Part shown: piece after piece, positions 26,001-38,900 of the stretch | Numbering within the stretch: the stretch's first letter is position 1 | Layout of the letters: each line of letters opens with the position of its first letter | NCBI GenBank assembly: GCA_905178155.1 | Contig: CAJINV010000005.1 | Span: forward strand, 8,409,591 to 8,473,590 | Source of the DNA: Amoebophrya sp. A120 | Lineage: Eukaryota; Protista; Dinoflagellata | DNA length: 64,000 nt | Direction of reading: 5' to 3' | Position numbers and translations under genes: made by a program | Notes under the pieces: generated by a model | Database searches by the model: none | What the model saw: only the letters and a program-made list of their open reading frames with translations | What the model was told of the DNA's origin: nothing

Positions 26001-29000
26001 AGTCGTGGTTAGCTAGTGCAGCCGCATCAGAAGTCGATAAAGTATGGCAAGTCTCCAAACAGGGCTAGACAATGGCTCTATTGGTGAGCTGTGCGACGAG
26101 GCATATTTTGAGCACGCGCATTGTTCGCATGACAATAAGCATTGGGTCGCGGGGACGTTTCTGCACAGGATGGCCGAGTTTCGTCTATCAGAGTTCCAAA
26201 ATCGATCTCAAGGGTCTCCTGCAGCAGCCAGAGAAAAACGTGGCTGACAAGGACGAGCGTCGTTCTGCTGGAGCGGAAGCGAACGCCGAGGAAAACAAAC
26301 CGCCAACCACGTCAAGGCAGGAGCCGGTGCAGCATCGCAGTGCGGTGGCGGATTTGCTGACCAAAGTACTGCTGGAACAAGGGACCCCCGACGGGCCCAC
26401 CAAAAAGCAAGATTTTCGCGGTCAGGAAGAGGAGAAGGAACAAGAACAGGGAACTTCTAGGAGGGCGACTGATAATAATGCTTGGTACAACAGAAGTAGT
26501 ACTACTAGCAGCGACGACACCTATGATAGTCAGCCGCGGCAGGGGCAGTTTCCGCCCTCTTCTGCCGCAACAGCGACCCGGCCTCCGCTATCACGAGAAA
26601 AAATCCCCCCTCCCCATATGAAAAGGAAGTTTCTGATGCTGGATTTGCGTATACAAATCAGGTTTATTGTCTTGCAGTAGAGGACAGCAGGCTCCTGCCA
26701 AGCCTGAGTAGAGAGCTTTTGGCACTTAGCATGAGAAACGTGTATGCTGTAGGCCCAACAGAATCATAAACCGCCTGCATAATGCGGCAGAGCCTGCGGA
26801 GTTGCCTTCTTGCAAGACAGACGTGATTTGTGGTCTCAGCCCATACCTTTTCGATATGGGGAGGGGGGATTTTTCCTCTCAATATCCGCCTCCAGCTGTC
26901 CGCAAGAATTTGCAGGACATCTTCGGACTTCGAGAAAATGGAGATGCAAAGTACGGTCGGGATTTTCTTGTTAAAAACAACCGTGGCAGTGGTACCAACC
27001 AAAACAATTTATGTTTCCAGAACCCACCTGCGCAGAGTTGTCGTTCCTGTGCCGGTCGTGAGGATCAAAATGAAATGCAAGGCAACAACTTTTTCCGTGA
27101 CTATTATGTGGACGCGTGGCTGCAGTACGAAGACGCTTGGGACGAGTTCGAGAAGGAAGTTATGAAATGCAAATATGTCTGGGTCTGGAAGATTCTAAAC
27201 TTGTGATGCTGTCTCTGGATTCTAAAAAAAATTGCATTGCATGACCAGCAAGAGGACTCCAGTTTCTGCCACGCGGAGAGGACATTTCTCGTGCGGTAGA
27301 GGCATCACAAAGCCCTCGAAAAAGCTGTGATGCTAGAGCATGCATCAGAGCAGACATCATGGGCCATTCAGAATATGCATGACAAGCCTGGCAATCCCGC
27401 AGACCCAGACATTTTTGCATTTGATAGAAGTGAGTGGCAAACAACAGCAAATCCGGCTTCTCAGCGACATCCCGTTTCCGCCCGGACACACGAATCCGCG
27501 GACATCGCTGCTGACCCGCGCCACGAACCAGATTTCAGCGAAGGATGCTTATTACAAACTGGTGCTCCGGTACCACCCGGACAAGTTTCTGCCGAAGTTT
27601 GGACATCGGGTTTATTGTGGCGCCCCAACTGGTCTTCATCCAAGCGAAAGCGAGAAGGATGATATTAATGCAGAGAACAATCTGGAAAGAGAAATTGTGA
27701 AAAAAATCGAACAGATTTGCCATCGTTTGAACCAAGAATGGAAAGGAAAACATCACCTCGTCCAGGGTAAGAATTGTACGTAGATGCGATCCAGGGGAAA
27801 GACCTTCGTGAAATACAAGGACTTCGCTTCGTAGTAATGGCTCCACCTCCGAAAATTAGAGGTGAAAGAAGGACGCCTTCATGTAATTTGTAGAGATTGA
27901 ATATGAGGAATTCCTCCTTGTATAGTAGTGCGTGATAAACATGATCGTTCTTGTTCGGAGATATTATTCGTTGCAATATTCGTTTTTATTCGTGGTCGTG
28001 GAGTAAAGGCAAAGTGAAAGTTCGTTTTTGTTGTGGTAAAAAAGAATCACAGCCATTCCGTATATATATGCGCCACGCTTTCGCGCGGCCACCCTGTATC
28101 TATCCGTACCACGTGCAGAAATCCCCATGGATCCCACCGTGCTGGAGCCACGACAGCACAAGTCGTTACCTCGCAGGACTCCCCAAGTCGTAGTGAAGTC
28201 ATCGTCCGTTCCGGTCGTTTTCAGCTACTTTCGTTCATGCTCACGACCACACCGTGCAAAAAGCAGCTCGCTTGCCTGAACTTTTCTCGAATACACAGTA
28301 CTATCGATTGAATGTTATAAGTTAAGTGCGCCTGCTTGGGGTTCTGTTGCAAGTGCGACATTACCCTGATGAAAAAACAGTATCAATAGCTGCAGTTCCC
28401 AACATTTTTTTTCTGTGTGCGAGAGGCTCATGGAAGCCACTCAGTGAAACTTAAGTAAGTAGTAGACCTTTTTACCGACACAAAAACAGTTCTTCCGGCA
28501 GGAACGGAAAGGGACAAAGTAAAAACGATACTAGTAGAACCGCCAAAATGATGAAGAAGATCGCGCTGATCGCCTTTGCTGCCCCCGGGGGGGGGGCGGT
28601 CGTGTCCGCCCTGCAGAAGAAGGCCGGCACAGCAACACACTCCTGGGAGGGAAGCGAGGAGGTGCCGACCGGTTTCATTCAGCATGACCGGAAGAAAGGC
28701 GGAGCGACAAAGGTGGAAGCCAAGAAAAGCGGGAAAAAATCGAAAACCAGCCGCAAATCGAAGACCGGGAAGATGAGTACAACGTTTGGCGGTTCCAAAA
28801 AATCTGACGAGGATATTATCACGAGAAAAATCTGTCTCAGTCTCACTTTCTAATGCGGACGCTCCTTTGTCACGCTGCAGCTGCACATGCGAGAAAGGCG
28901 GCTTTCATATGTGTGGTTTTCTCTTGTGTCCGGCGCATCACACTCAAACTCATGACTGTTGAGTCTGCAAAGGTTTGAGACGGAGAAAGCTTTTTGTTCC

Positions 29001-32000
29001 TTGCATAGATTACGGCCCGTGGGGTTGGCTGACCGACAAAGCAGGGAGTGGCGGGGCAGCGTTGAAGAAGTTGATCTCGAAGTGGCAAGGCTCTTCGGCA
29101 GCAGGTATGCGCTGCAAATATGTCTTGGTCTTCAAGGTTGCAACTTGTGTCTGCGGCCTGTAAGTAGATCGTGCAAAAGTTTGTCTTTCGGAGGTAGCAC
29201 AGGATGCCCTTTTTCGGTCATGCTGAAGCCGTAAGCTCTAGGCGGACTATGTATTGTAAAGTCCTTTATTACAAAAATGATAACTACTCCCGCCGGCTTG
29301 GGCTTTCCAGTAGACCTGGTGAGGCATCTAAAATCTGCATGGCAATAAACACGTGGACAACTCATCCAGACCACTCAGACGTATTTTCAACACTTGATAT
29401 CTAACAAATACGAACGTCAATTGGACACCTACCTAGAAAATTTGGGCGATCCCAGTATTAGGAGAAGTGGGGATCAGTTCTGTCGTGGCCGCCATTGGTA
29501 TCGTTACCGCCATTGGGCAGAAAAATACAAAACCGAAAATCCTGACGCCAGCGATACGGAACTGAAGCTGTATGTCTTTCGTCGGTGGATGGGACGACAC
29601 TACCCCCAACTCCGCGGCCGTACGTTTCCGAATCACGCACCCAGCTCAAGAATCACGCACCTGAATCACGCACCCACGCACCTCAGAAGCAGCGCACTGA
29701 GTTCGGTGATGTTTATCCATTCAAATAGTTAGGAACACACTACGCAATGAAGCACGCACCCGCCCAGGGCAGCGCGCCTCACCTCGGCGCACCTGGCGCG
29801 CGCGCACCCACAGCGCGCACCTTTTGGGTGCGTGCGGTGGGTACGTGATTCTAGGTGCGTGATTTCTGGGTGCGTGATCTCGAGGGTACTGGATTTCATG
29901 TACTGGGTGCGTGATCTCGAGGGTCTGGGTGCGTGTGTGATTTCATGTCCCATCTCGAGCGATTGGAACTACCAGACGAGGAGACCGAGGAACTGAGCGA
30001 AGCCGAGACGGAGGGCCTAGCGACCGAGGATGCCAGCGAAGCGGCCGTGGCGAGCGAAGCGGCCGTGGCAGGCTCGCGGGCCGCGCAGCTGGCGGAAGTG
30101 GCAGCATTTGCCGTTGCTTAAACTCTTTGCTGCACATGGAGGTACTCGTCCGTGACTTTTTCTACTTTGCTTTCCTCAGTTTTGGCGCATGACAAAGATC
30201 TGTTGTTGATCGCAGTCCTCACAGCAGCGCAGGCTAAGTACTCACTTCTGATTCACGTGTTTTCTGCAAGACGGGTAGAGCGCAAGCGGCACGCGAGATG
30301 CTAATTATGATGCTGCTTGGTTCCAAAAAGAAGCTAGACACTAGCGGCAAATCAAGTTCTTAGATATGTCCTTCAGCACTCGCGGGATTAGGTTCTTTGC
30401 ACGTAGTGGACGCATTAAGAGGAGCGTCCGACCGAGAGCACTACCGCGGTCGGTTGCCGCTGCGGTGCGCGAATTTGTCGACCTCGCTCCCTCAACATGA
30501 GGAACGATAGGGCGTTATTGAGCAGCAAAGAAACAGTGAGTGCGTCCTGGACATGAGTGCTACAGACAGTTTGCTTCGCCTCCTTCATGTGCCCAAACCC
30601 AGTGCTTGACAACACCCATCATTAGCAGCGTTGCTTGATAGGATCCATCTTTCGCAGCGTACCTAGTGCTACGCTGTGATTGCTGTGACTGCTAGTTTTT
30701 TGCTTTTGTGGAAAGTAAATTTATTATGTCGTGTACTCACTCAATTGTTCATGATGTTCTGCTTATGAATAACCCAATTCAACAACTGATCCATCACTTT
30801 CAGGCACGCGCACGGCCGCACCAGAGCGGGGCGATGCGGTTCAATGGGTTAACGGGTTTTGAAGTTTTTCTTTCTCGGGTTTAGGAAATCTGTACTGAGT
30901 TATTTTCTTTTCATCTTCCTACGAGTTTAGTTCTTAAACAGCAACAGCAGCAGCAAGACTTCTTTTCGACAGTTTAATGCACATTGTTCCATAACAGGTT
31001 ATCAATTTAGTTCTCGGGTATCAAGTAGCTTCAGCGCCTTCATTTTATTCATCTACACGTCAGAGAAAGTAATTGCATTTCGCAGCAACGGAGTTTGTTG
31101 TTTTTGATTTTTCAACTAGCATTAAAAGACGTTTCACACGCGTTCTCACGTTCCGCATGACAACAATCAAAGTCAAACAAACAAATAATTACTCAAATCG
31201 TTTCGCATCATAATAACTTTATTGCCCATCATCTCTCTGTCACGGACCTGCTAAATCTTTATCTTTCATCCCTGAGAAGAACTGCATAGCCTGCAGCAAA
31301 TGTGGTCTATCCGTTTTTTCCTATCTGGCCTGCGTGCGTCGCAGGTAACACACATCAGTTTTGGATCGAAATGCCTACCCGTGATAGCATTATTTTCACA
31401 GTCCTTCATGCAAGAACCTTGCAGCAAGATGTTTTAGCAGCTTCTTCTTTTTTTTTTAGTTGGTTTGGAGTGCATCCTTTTTATACTAGCGTTTTCGGCA
31501 GAGCTCTCCCACGGGACGTCTTATGCTCTCCGCCTCCGGGTGTTGAGAACGAGCAGCCTCTTAAACTCCAAGAAACATGAGCTGCAATAGTTGTACGTCG
31601 TAGCATCAACTGAGGAAGCGCATGCTCAATAGTACTGCTGTGCACTAGATAAAAGCTTTAGTGTAAAAGGTAAGAAACGACTTCAGAGCTTCACCGTCCG
31701 GAGAAAAGACGAAGGATAGGGAATAAACGGCCAAATAAGGGGCGTTGCAGTTTTATCCAAATTGCAATCTTAGGATCAGTGTGAACATCTTGTTGGACCT
31801 GTTGGAATTTGCTAATATATTTTACCTATTGGAAAAACGCAAAAAAATTACGTACTAGGGCATTGCCTAAATTAAAAAATTTAAATTTTAAAGTTACGAA
31901 GGTGGGATCCTCAGTAAACGGTGGAGACTTTGTTCTATGTGGTCGTTTTGCACATGAGAGGTAACATGTGCAAAGAAAATTATACCAAACTTTACATGAG

Positions 32001-34370
32001 TCAGGTCTTAGTCAAGTAAATAAGCTTCTCGCTGTACCGACCGCCCCTCGTCGTGCTTCGTTGCGTTTTTTCAAAATAGAGCCTCTAGAAATAAACTCAG
32101 AAGCAAAGCAAAACGTACGAGGGAAAAAAAAGTTACAAATTGCGTTGCGTGACTTCTACAGCCCGACTACAAAAATAGTTTCTAGCTGCCCGACCGCGCC
32201 TCATCATAGTTCGTTTCGTATCGAAAGCACGTAAAACAGATGAAAAGCAGTTCGTGAAATGAAAGGCTTTCGTGGTGCTGTACGTCTTCAACAAAACTTT
32301 CCAAAAGTCGGTTCGTAATTCAAAAAAGAAAAGTCGGCTCGTCCACGTGTGGTTTCTTCGTTTAGGTGCTTTGTCTCGCTGTGTTGCTATACAGCGTCGG
32401 CCTATGACCCTACCCCCTCGGGGGTACGGACATACGGACGATCTTTTATGCACTTCGGATTGGGATTGACGACGGTTCCCGATCGCCGTTGACTGTGAGC
32501 TAGCACCCACGGTGAGTCTTCGGCTTGACCAGACGGGTTCCGTGCGAGCACCCTCTACGATTCCCAGCCCCTTTTCGCCCTTGGTCTGGGGTGGCTGGAT
32601 TCGAGTCATGGAGGGACCCCGTGTGGCAGAAGTCCCTCCCCTCCGTTGCTGCTGCGCGTAGGCTCGTATCGTATCGTTCTACTCTCGTGAACTCGTAGAT
32701 CTACGTACAGGATGACTCCTTTTCAAGACTTGTTTCCCCGGAAGCAGTCTACGTTTTGTCAACTCGCTCTGAGCTACTTATTATAACCTTGAAAGATTAC
32801 TTCTCACTCTTAAGCTCTCACTTTTTTGAGTTTTAGTAGGGCTTTTCAGCCAAAAAGGGACGGACTGCCCTTAGATCTCCGATGTGATGCTAGGGCATAC
32901 ATCACAGACAGTCATGGGCCATGCAAAATATGCATGACAAACGTGGCAAAAATCTTCTAGCCCCAGACATATTCGCAATGCATAGCCCGCGCTTGCGTGG
33001 CGCCCTCTTGACGGAAACGGGAATGATCCCCATCAAGGGGCCGCACACCTGTCCGGTGGAAACGATAAAGGCAGGCATGGATCACATCTTCGAGGTTTTG
33101 CACGATCCGCAGTATTTATCAAACCGATGAATGACGTGAGGAACTCCGCCTGCGGCTCTCCCCCAGTTGAACAAAGGTGCATGAGCCAAATGCATGAGCC
33201 CAGTTGAAGAACAAGTGCATGAGCCCATTTTTACAGCTTGAAGTCGAAAGTGCATGCAGCCCCAGCTGCATAACGACTTCACCATACCAGCTGGTTTCGT
33301 TTGAGCTAATATTCTGGATGGACTTGTCATGCGATTGTATCTGCCGAACGGGCCCGGGATGGCAAAATTGGCATTTTACATCGCAAATGAGGGGGAGCAG
33401 GGGAGAATACTTCTTGCCCGCCGCTCTCATACTGTTACAGCAATGGGAAGCGCGTGGTGCAGCATGTGTCGTGGTTCAATTTTTTCTCCGACGGCGATAT
33501 CCCACACTAGAGAAAAAGTAGAATGTATCAGCACATTTATAAATGCAAAAATAGAAGATAAAGAAATGAAAACTTTCACAGCAAGTAGAAGATCTGCATA
33601 TTACTTAACATTATTACCTGAAACAGCACGGCATGGCCGTGCCCACGACACCAGGCAGAAGATTTAGCTGTGGATGTGTTTTTGCATTACAAAGCTGGTT
33701 CTCGCGGCTTTTTCCTTTTTCTCTGGGATAGGCCATAGCACGACATCTGGTATCAAATGCAAAAATGTCTGGGTCTGGAAGAGTCGGGACTTGCCATGCA
33801 CATTTTGCATGACCCGTGAGGCCTGTGATGCTGGTGCTAGCATCACAGATTTTTTGCGAGCTTCTTGATGCTAATTACGCATGAGAAATGCCCTCTCCGC
33901 GTGCCAAGAGCTGACTCCTCTTGCTGCTCATGCAACACAGATATTTTTAGAATCCGCAGACAGCATTACAAGTTGCATTCTTCCAGACCCAGACATTTTT
34001 ACATTTGATATCTGGATTCGACATGCGATTGGTCGACGGAGAGGGCAATTTGACGATGTTGGGACGCGAGTACATGTATCAAATGCAAATATCTCTGGGT
34101 CTGGAAACTTGTAATGCTAAAAGTGGATGATAAGCGGGCTGCAATACGCAGCCAAGCATGACAAATTTCTGAGCTGCTATGTGTTACGTATTCCGCACGA
34201 GAAACTGCGTTTTTGCATGACAGATAGGAGAGCCTTTTCCGATGCCCCTATGCATCACAGATTGTCGAATCATGTCAGACATGTATGACAAATGTGAGAA
34301 TCTTCCAGACCCAGACATATTTGCAATCCATAACACGTCCGAGGGAAAATGTAAAGAAGTGGAAAAGTAG
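23095..34370 (+). CDS. GH128-like (Glyco_hydro_cc) glycoside hydrolase, copy 1; ~12 exons including a 7.3-kb intron
   Basis: The reconstructed protein has a hydrophobic N-terminus, WFWNWG, FFPTSWG, GWNEPD (acid/base Glu), TTSPA, CPNYINFHFY, TYP|RLRGALLTETG (nucleophile Glu), VSWF and GNLTMLGREY, and stops at 34370. It is colinear with the paralogue at 35936-42858. Confidence 0.8.
23295..23562. mobile_element. Introner family A
   Basis: Family A TIRs; TSD gaccc. Confidence 0.93.
23623..23835. mobile_element. Introner family G
   Basis: TIRs tatcgcaagaaaaaagtgttacagttacac / gtgtaactgtaacacttttttcgtgggata; TSD acttg/atttg. Confidence 0.88.
24077..24339. mobile_element. Introner family F, no clean TSD
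   Basis: TIRs tataacccgctcagg / cctgagcgggttata. The flanks ggtat and ccttt do not match. Confidence 0.85.
24626..24917. mobile_element. Introner family A, diverged
   Basis: Degenerate family A TIRs; TSD gaatt/gaaat; removal restores WNWLRTFL. Confidence 0.8.
24980..25230. mobile_element. Introner family A
   Basis: Family A TIRs; TSD gtgtg/gtgtc. Confidence 0.92.
25311..25627. mobile_element. Introner family D
   Basis: Similar to 19964-20283; TSD gacag/aacgg; removal restores YLKTGLMNAK. Confidence 0.85.
26589..26884. mobile_element. Introner family D (inside the captured gene)
   Basis: Family D TIRs; TSD tccgc. Confidence 0.9.
27161..27426. mobile_element. Introner family A (inside the captured gene)
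   Basis: Family A TIRs; TSD gaagt. Confidence 0.93.
29630..29945. repeat. Inverted array of (AAT)CACGCACC / GGTGCGTG(ATT) motifs
   Basis: Several cacgcacc copies at 29630-29760 face several ggtgcgtg copies at 29826-29940. Confidence 0.75.
33498..33730. mobile_element. Introner, diverged (G-like)
   Basis: TIRs tatccca..gagaaaa / ttttctctgggata; TSD ggcga/ggcca. Confidence 0.7.
33751..34010. mobile_element. Introner family A
   Basis: Family A TIRs; TSD tctgg. Confidence 0.93.
34077..34332. mobile_element. Introner family A
   Basis: Family A TIRs; TSD acatg/acacg. Confidence 0.9.
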
Positions 34371-35935
34371 TAACTTCTGATGACTAAACGGTCAAGAATT
34401 GAAATTACGACCTGGTTTCCGATCGCGAACTCCGAATGTCAAATTATATAGTACAGAGTAGGATTTTTGTGCTAGGTCCAGCACGAGGCGCTCGTGTTTC
34501 TGTCTTTGACATCAACAAACGTATCTATGAAATAAAGCGGAAACAGAAGTAGAGATGTAGCAGTAGTTATGCCAAAAGATGATGATGAGACTTGCACATG
34601 GACCGGGAGTTGTACCCGCCCTCGTGTGCTTTTGTTTTGAAAACTATAATATGTTTATGTTGAACTGGGCCGTGACTCACAGCTACAGTGAAGCACAGTT
34701 GTCAGTTTCGGATAGTTGTACACCACTTTTACAACTTGAACTTTGTAGGTTTTTCATGACAACTCTAACTCACTGCAGGGGATATTTTTCCAACAAGGGT
34801 GCGAAATGCTTCAACGAATACGTAATGCCGCGTGAACTACACAACTTGAACTTGCAAATGCAATGGTTGACGTGGTGGTTAGGATTGCCTGACCGCTACG
34901 CTGAGCCCGTCTCATGTGACTGGGTCACGTGGGCCGACATCGCTGATCTCTGATCTGAGGAGAAGAATTGAACGCAGCTAATTTAAAGCAGAAGCGGCGG
35001 CGGCAGCTGCAGTGGCCCTGTGTCGAATGGAGCTGCATCACATTCGGGAAAATTTTTGTGACGCGCTGTGAGCGGCTGCGGCGAAAGTGGCAGTTTTTCC
35101 AATAGCGGAAGGTTACACGGCCTCTCGGTTCATCTGCCAGAAATGTCTTGCGCCTGTTCAATTCTGGATGCATGGAAACAAGACACGCTCATGAAGTCAG
35201 ATCACGATCCTGAATAGACGTATGACGATCCTCTTCCACCGTCGGTAAAAAGGAAAGTCGAGGCGTTCAAGATGGAGATCATCGAGATCCATAGAATTGT
35301 CAATCTAAACCAGCACAGCAAGAAGATCATCAAACCCAAACCGGGTCTACTTCACTTGATCAATCGATGACCCTCCGCTAAAGAAAACAAAAGCGGAAAG
35401 AACAAGAAGCAACTCGAAGCAAAGTCATCGGTCTGGTCGTCGTCTGCCACGTCCTCTACCAGTAGGTGGACATACAAGAACATATTCGAGGCCGACACTA
35501 TTTGTCTGTTTATCTTGTTTTGCGAAGCACCACACGACCCAAAGTCACTTGGAAAGTATAGTATTATGAAAGAACAGAAGCCGATTTGCGAAAAGCAAAC
35601 TCTTGTTTATTTGTTGAAGTAGAAGTATCGCGTCTGCACACCTCTACTTACACGACTTTGAGTCAAACAAAAACCACTGTAAATCTTTCGACAAAATCTT
35701 CGCACACACGCAAAACAACTCACACCAAAGTACTTACTAAAAAAAAGTCCGCTACTTCTTCAACACTCACCAACCACTTTGGAAGCTAGCTTCTCCTTCT
35801 GTTGCATTTCAACAAGGAGTTGTATTTCGACCGACGTAAGTTTCATTACGATTCTGGAAATAATAAACAATTTTCTTCCGAAACTACAAACAGTACTTCT
35901 GTACACCTCTTCAAGAAAGAACGATTGCAAAGAAG

Positions 35936-38900
35936 ATGCCGGTTCATTTTATGAACAAGAAGCGCCAGGCGGCTGCCGGCGCAGCTGCAGTCACGACTTT
36001 TGCAGGAGCTGCCTCGTTGTTGGCTATTGAACCTGTGCAGGGCCTTATCGTACGAAAAAAGTGTTTCACTGTAAGGATTTTGCAAGTTTTGCATGACAAG
36101 TTTGTTCTACACCAGAGAGAAAATTTGCCATGCGAGATTCCTAAGGGAAAACACAGCTAAAAATCCACTGTCTTGCATGTGTAGCAAGACAAACACTTCT
36201 CAGATACATTTTCTGCATTACAAGTTTACAGTGAAACAGTTTTTTCTTGCGATAGCCCTGTCGTGGCTTGATATGAACGCCGACCTCCGGGAGCAGCCGT
36301 CGACCACTTTATTTCTGAAGAACCAAAAGGGTGATAAAAATGCTGCCCCCAGTACAACGAATGTTGCCGCTGCCGTTTCTGGGGCAACAACAGCAACAAC
36401 TCTTAAGGACGACCCGCAGCCCCCGAAGATCACGATGAGCTATTGCGGCATTGCGGGGGACACTCCGGACCAGACGAAGAAGCGGGGAAATTGGTACGAT
36501 GTACTGAATATGCATGGTAAGTACTTCGCCTGGGTCTGGATTTGTGATGCGAGTCTCGTATGCGAGGGAGATCTCTATTGCAGGATGAGGATCTGCTTTC
36601 AGCTTCCTTTTTTGTTGTGTTCTTGGATGAAGCAGGCAGTTTGTCTATGCGATTTACGAAGCCGAATCAACAAGAAACCTCGTAAAACAACTTGTCATGC
36701 AGCCGTGCTGCCGTACTAAAGAGGCCGTTGCATGATCATCATGGTACAACTAGATGACTCAGCGTCGTGTTTTTGTGATGTATAACGGCCACGACGGGAA
36801 AAGTGAACTGGTGGTGGAACTGGAAGCTGGACGCGGACCGGAATCTCTACCCACAGCAAATTTGTTTCCTTCTTGCACGTACGAATGCGAGAATATTGAA
36901 TGCGGTTTCTGCATGACAAAACTTTCCTTCGACCCTATCTGGCATGACAAATATTTATGCGTCTAAAGAAAAAGGTGGCGAAATTTGTGATGCATTTTCG
37001 TTTACGAGGACCGACGTGCAGTGCTAGTGTACAACTATGCGGGGAAAAATCTAAATTTGTGTTGCATAACCTCCCGGATGACTGGCTTTTCGTCCCGAAC
37101 AGCTGGGGCCAGGACTCGCCGAAACACGGCCCGAGCACGGACCACCATATGGCGTTCTCAACTGTTACATTCTCAACTGTTGCGCGGATTTGTCATGCAA
37201 AATTGCCAGCAGTTTCCACTTGATCAAGGTCTATTTGTCGGGAGGGTTTTTGCATCGCGACCAATGTCGAAGCTTGGGCTCCAGGGGGAATATGGTCTTA
37301 GAGCAGTTCCGACATTTCTCATTTTGCGTTGTCTCACATGCGACGCTTCATCCAAAAATCACACTAAAAACAGATGGAGGAAGGACGGCGCGCGGCTTTC
37401 GCCACGCGCTGCCCTTCCTCGCGCCAACCCGGGACGAGGAGTGTTGAAGAGTGTTCTCTACCCGGATAATCGCGATAAGCAGCCTGTACCTGGAGACTGG
37501 TTGATACGCATGTCGCTCTCGGTGTGTTCTCGGAGCGCGTCCTCTCTGCTCGGAAATGCCGTTCAAGTTACGCGACGCGCTTTTTCTTCTCGGTCAAATG
37601 TAGTACTTGGTCCACTCGGAGCGCCGTATGTTCTGTTGCTGCTCGTGTCCTACACGGAGGTGCTGCGGTTGTACAAGGCCTCGTCAAGCAGCACTATCAG
37701 GAGTGCCAGCCATCGAATCGAGATGACCATGCTTTTACTAGGAGGAACGGCAACAACGTGCGGACACCGACGACGACCAGACTCGGAACTACCATGAATC
37801 GGTGGCGCAATACGGAAGTAGCTACGGACGAAGGGGCTTGAGAGGTAAAGGGGATTGCCGGCTACCCTCAATAGGTAAGTTCCGTCGCGACTCCGGCTTA
37901 CGACCCCCGTCCCCCCTCCCACCCTTTGCTTCTGTTGCAGAATAAGTCAAGGGCTGCACTAAGACCGCCACGCACAATCTAATCCTTTAAGTTGTCGCTG
38001 TGCCCCAGGTGGGTTGCCAGTCAGCAGTGACAAACAACTGGCCAATGGTTTGACATCTCCGGTCCGCGGCACTTGCCTTTTTCGTCCGTGCCGCAGGTAA
38101 GGCACAAATGGTCCAGCCTCCCCTGTCTGGGTGGGGTTGCGGCTTAAGGGAGAGTCTCGCCCCTTAGCCCAAAGGGGTACGTCGTCTCTTCCGTGAGAAC
38201 AAAAACTTATGGCGTAAAATGGGTCGGGTCCTGGATCGTTCTGTATGCTGGGCTGTCGCGCTCGGCTAGCTGGCCGGGCTGTACTGATCAGGTGTGGTGG
38301 GTAGCTCCCGACTGGTTGGCACTTCTATTGGGGCGACTTGCCGTGGTAGCGCTCGGCTTTTGTATGTGGAGGTCGCCGAAAGTGCTTCCTCGCCCACCCC
38401 CCGGGGAGGGGATCCTTGACCTGTGGCGCTGGGTGCGGGTGTCCACTACATGATGATGATGATGATGAAGGTGCTTAGCATGACAAATTTTCGAAGGGCT
38501 AAACAGTGCGATAATCTGTGACAAATCTGTGATGCGAAAGCTGCAATATTGCCACTTTCACTGTTATTGTTCTTGCATTACAAATCCATGTAACAGTTGA
38601 GAATGTAACGTTTGAGAACGCCATACACCAGGACGGCATGTTCGGGGGGTGGCAGTACGCCCCGATGTGGCAGGGATGGAACGAACCAGACCAGGCGGGG
38701 ATCTGCTATGAAGAACTGCTCAAACGTCACAATCTCAAATCGGTTACCATAGAATCTTCTGGGTTTTGTTGTATTGCATGATGAGCATGACAGACTCAGA
38801 CAGCATTCCACTTTCTGCAATACAAACTTCGCCAGCTTATAGTGCGGATTGGGACCACGACCACTCCAGAACTTGTCATGCGCAATCCTATGAAATTTGC

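Larger units (their letters stand above)
26044..27783 (+). pseudogene. NFKBIL1/IkBL-like HPD-motif protein, probably 5'-truncated and frameshifted, nested in the GH128 intron
   Basis: Joins RPP|PPAVRK and EKEV|SGKQ. The C-terminus reads AWDEF...LSDIPFP...LVLRYHPDKFLPKFG...ICHRLNQEW. An ankyrin-like GTFLHRMA lies upstream in another frame. Confidence 0.55.
25869..32882. other. 7.0-kb composite insertion of captured genomic fragments flanked by a 17-bp duplication
   Basis: tgtgatgctagggcata occurs at 25852-25868 and 32883-32899. The insert contains a truncated family C introner (25900-~25995), an NFKBIL1-like gene with two introners, a short signal-peptide-like ORF (28548-28853) and an inverted repeat array. 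Confidence 0.75.
25671..32984. mobile_element. Introner family A split by a 7-kb insertion
   Basis: The left half (25671-25868) and right half (32883-32984) are contiguous parts of the family A consensus; TSD acccg/gcccg. Confidence 0.85.

Noticed and set aside
28900-29630. Possible transposase remnant in the 7-kb insert
   Set aside because: The frames are fragmented and no DDE or other catalytic motif is recognisable by eye; an HMM search is needed.
32400-32882. Ribozyme or LTR at the right end of the 7-kb insert
   Set aside because: There are short hairpins but no hammerhead or HDV core that I could verify, and no matching repeat at the left end.
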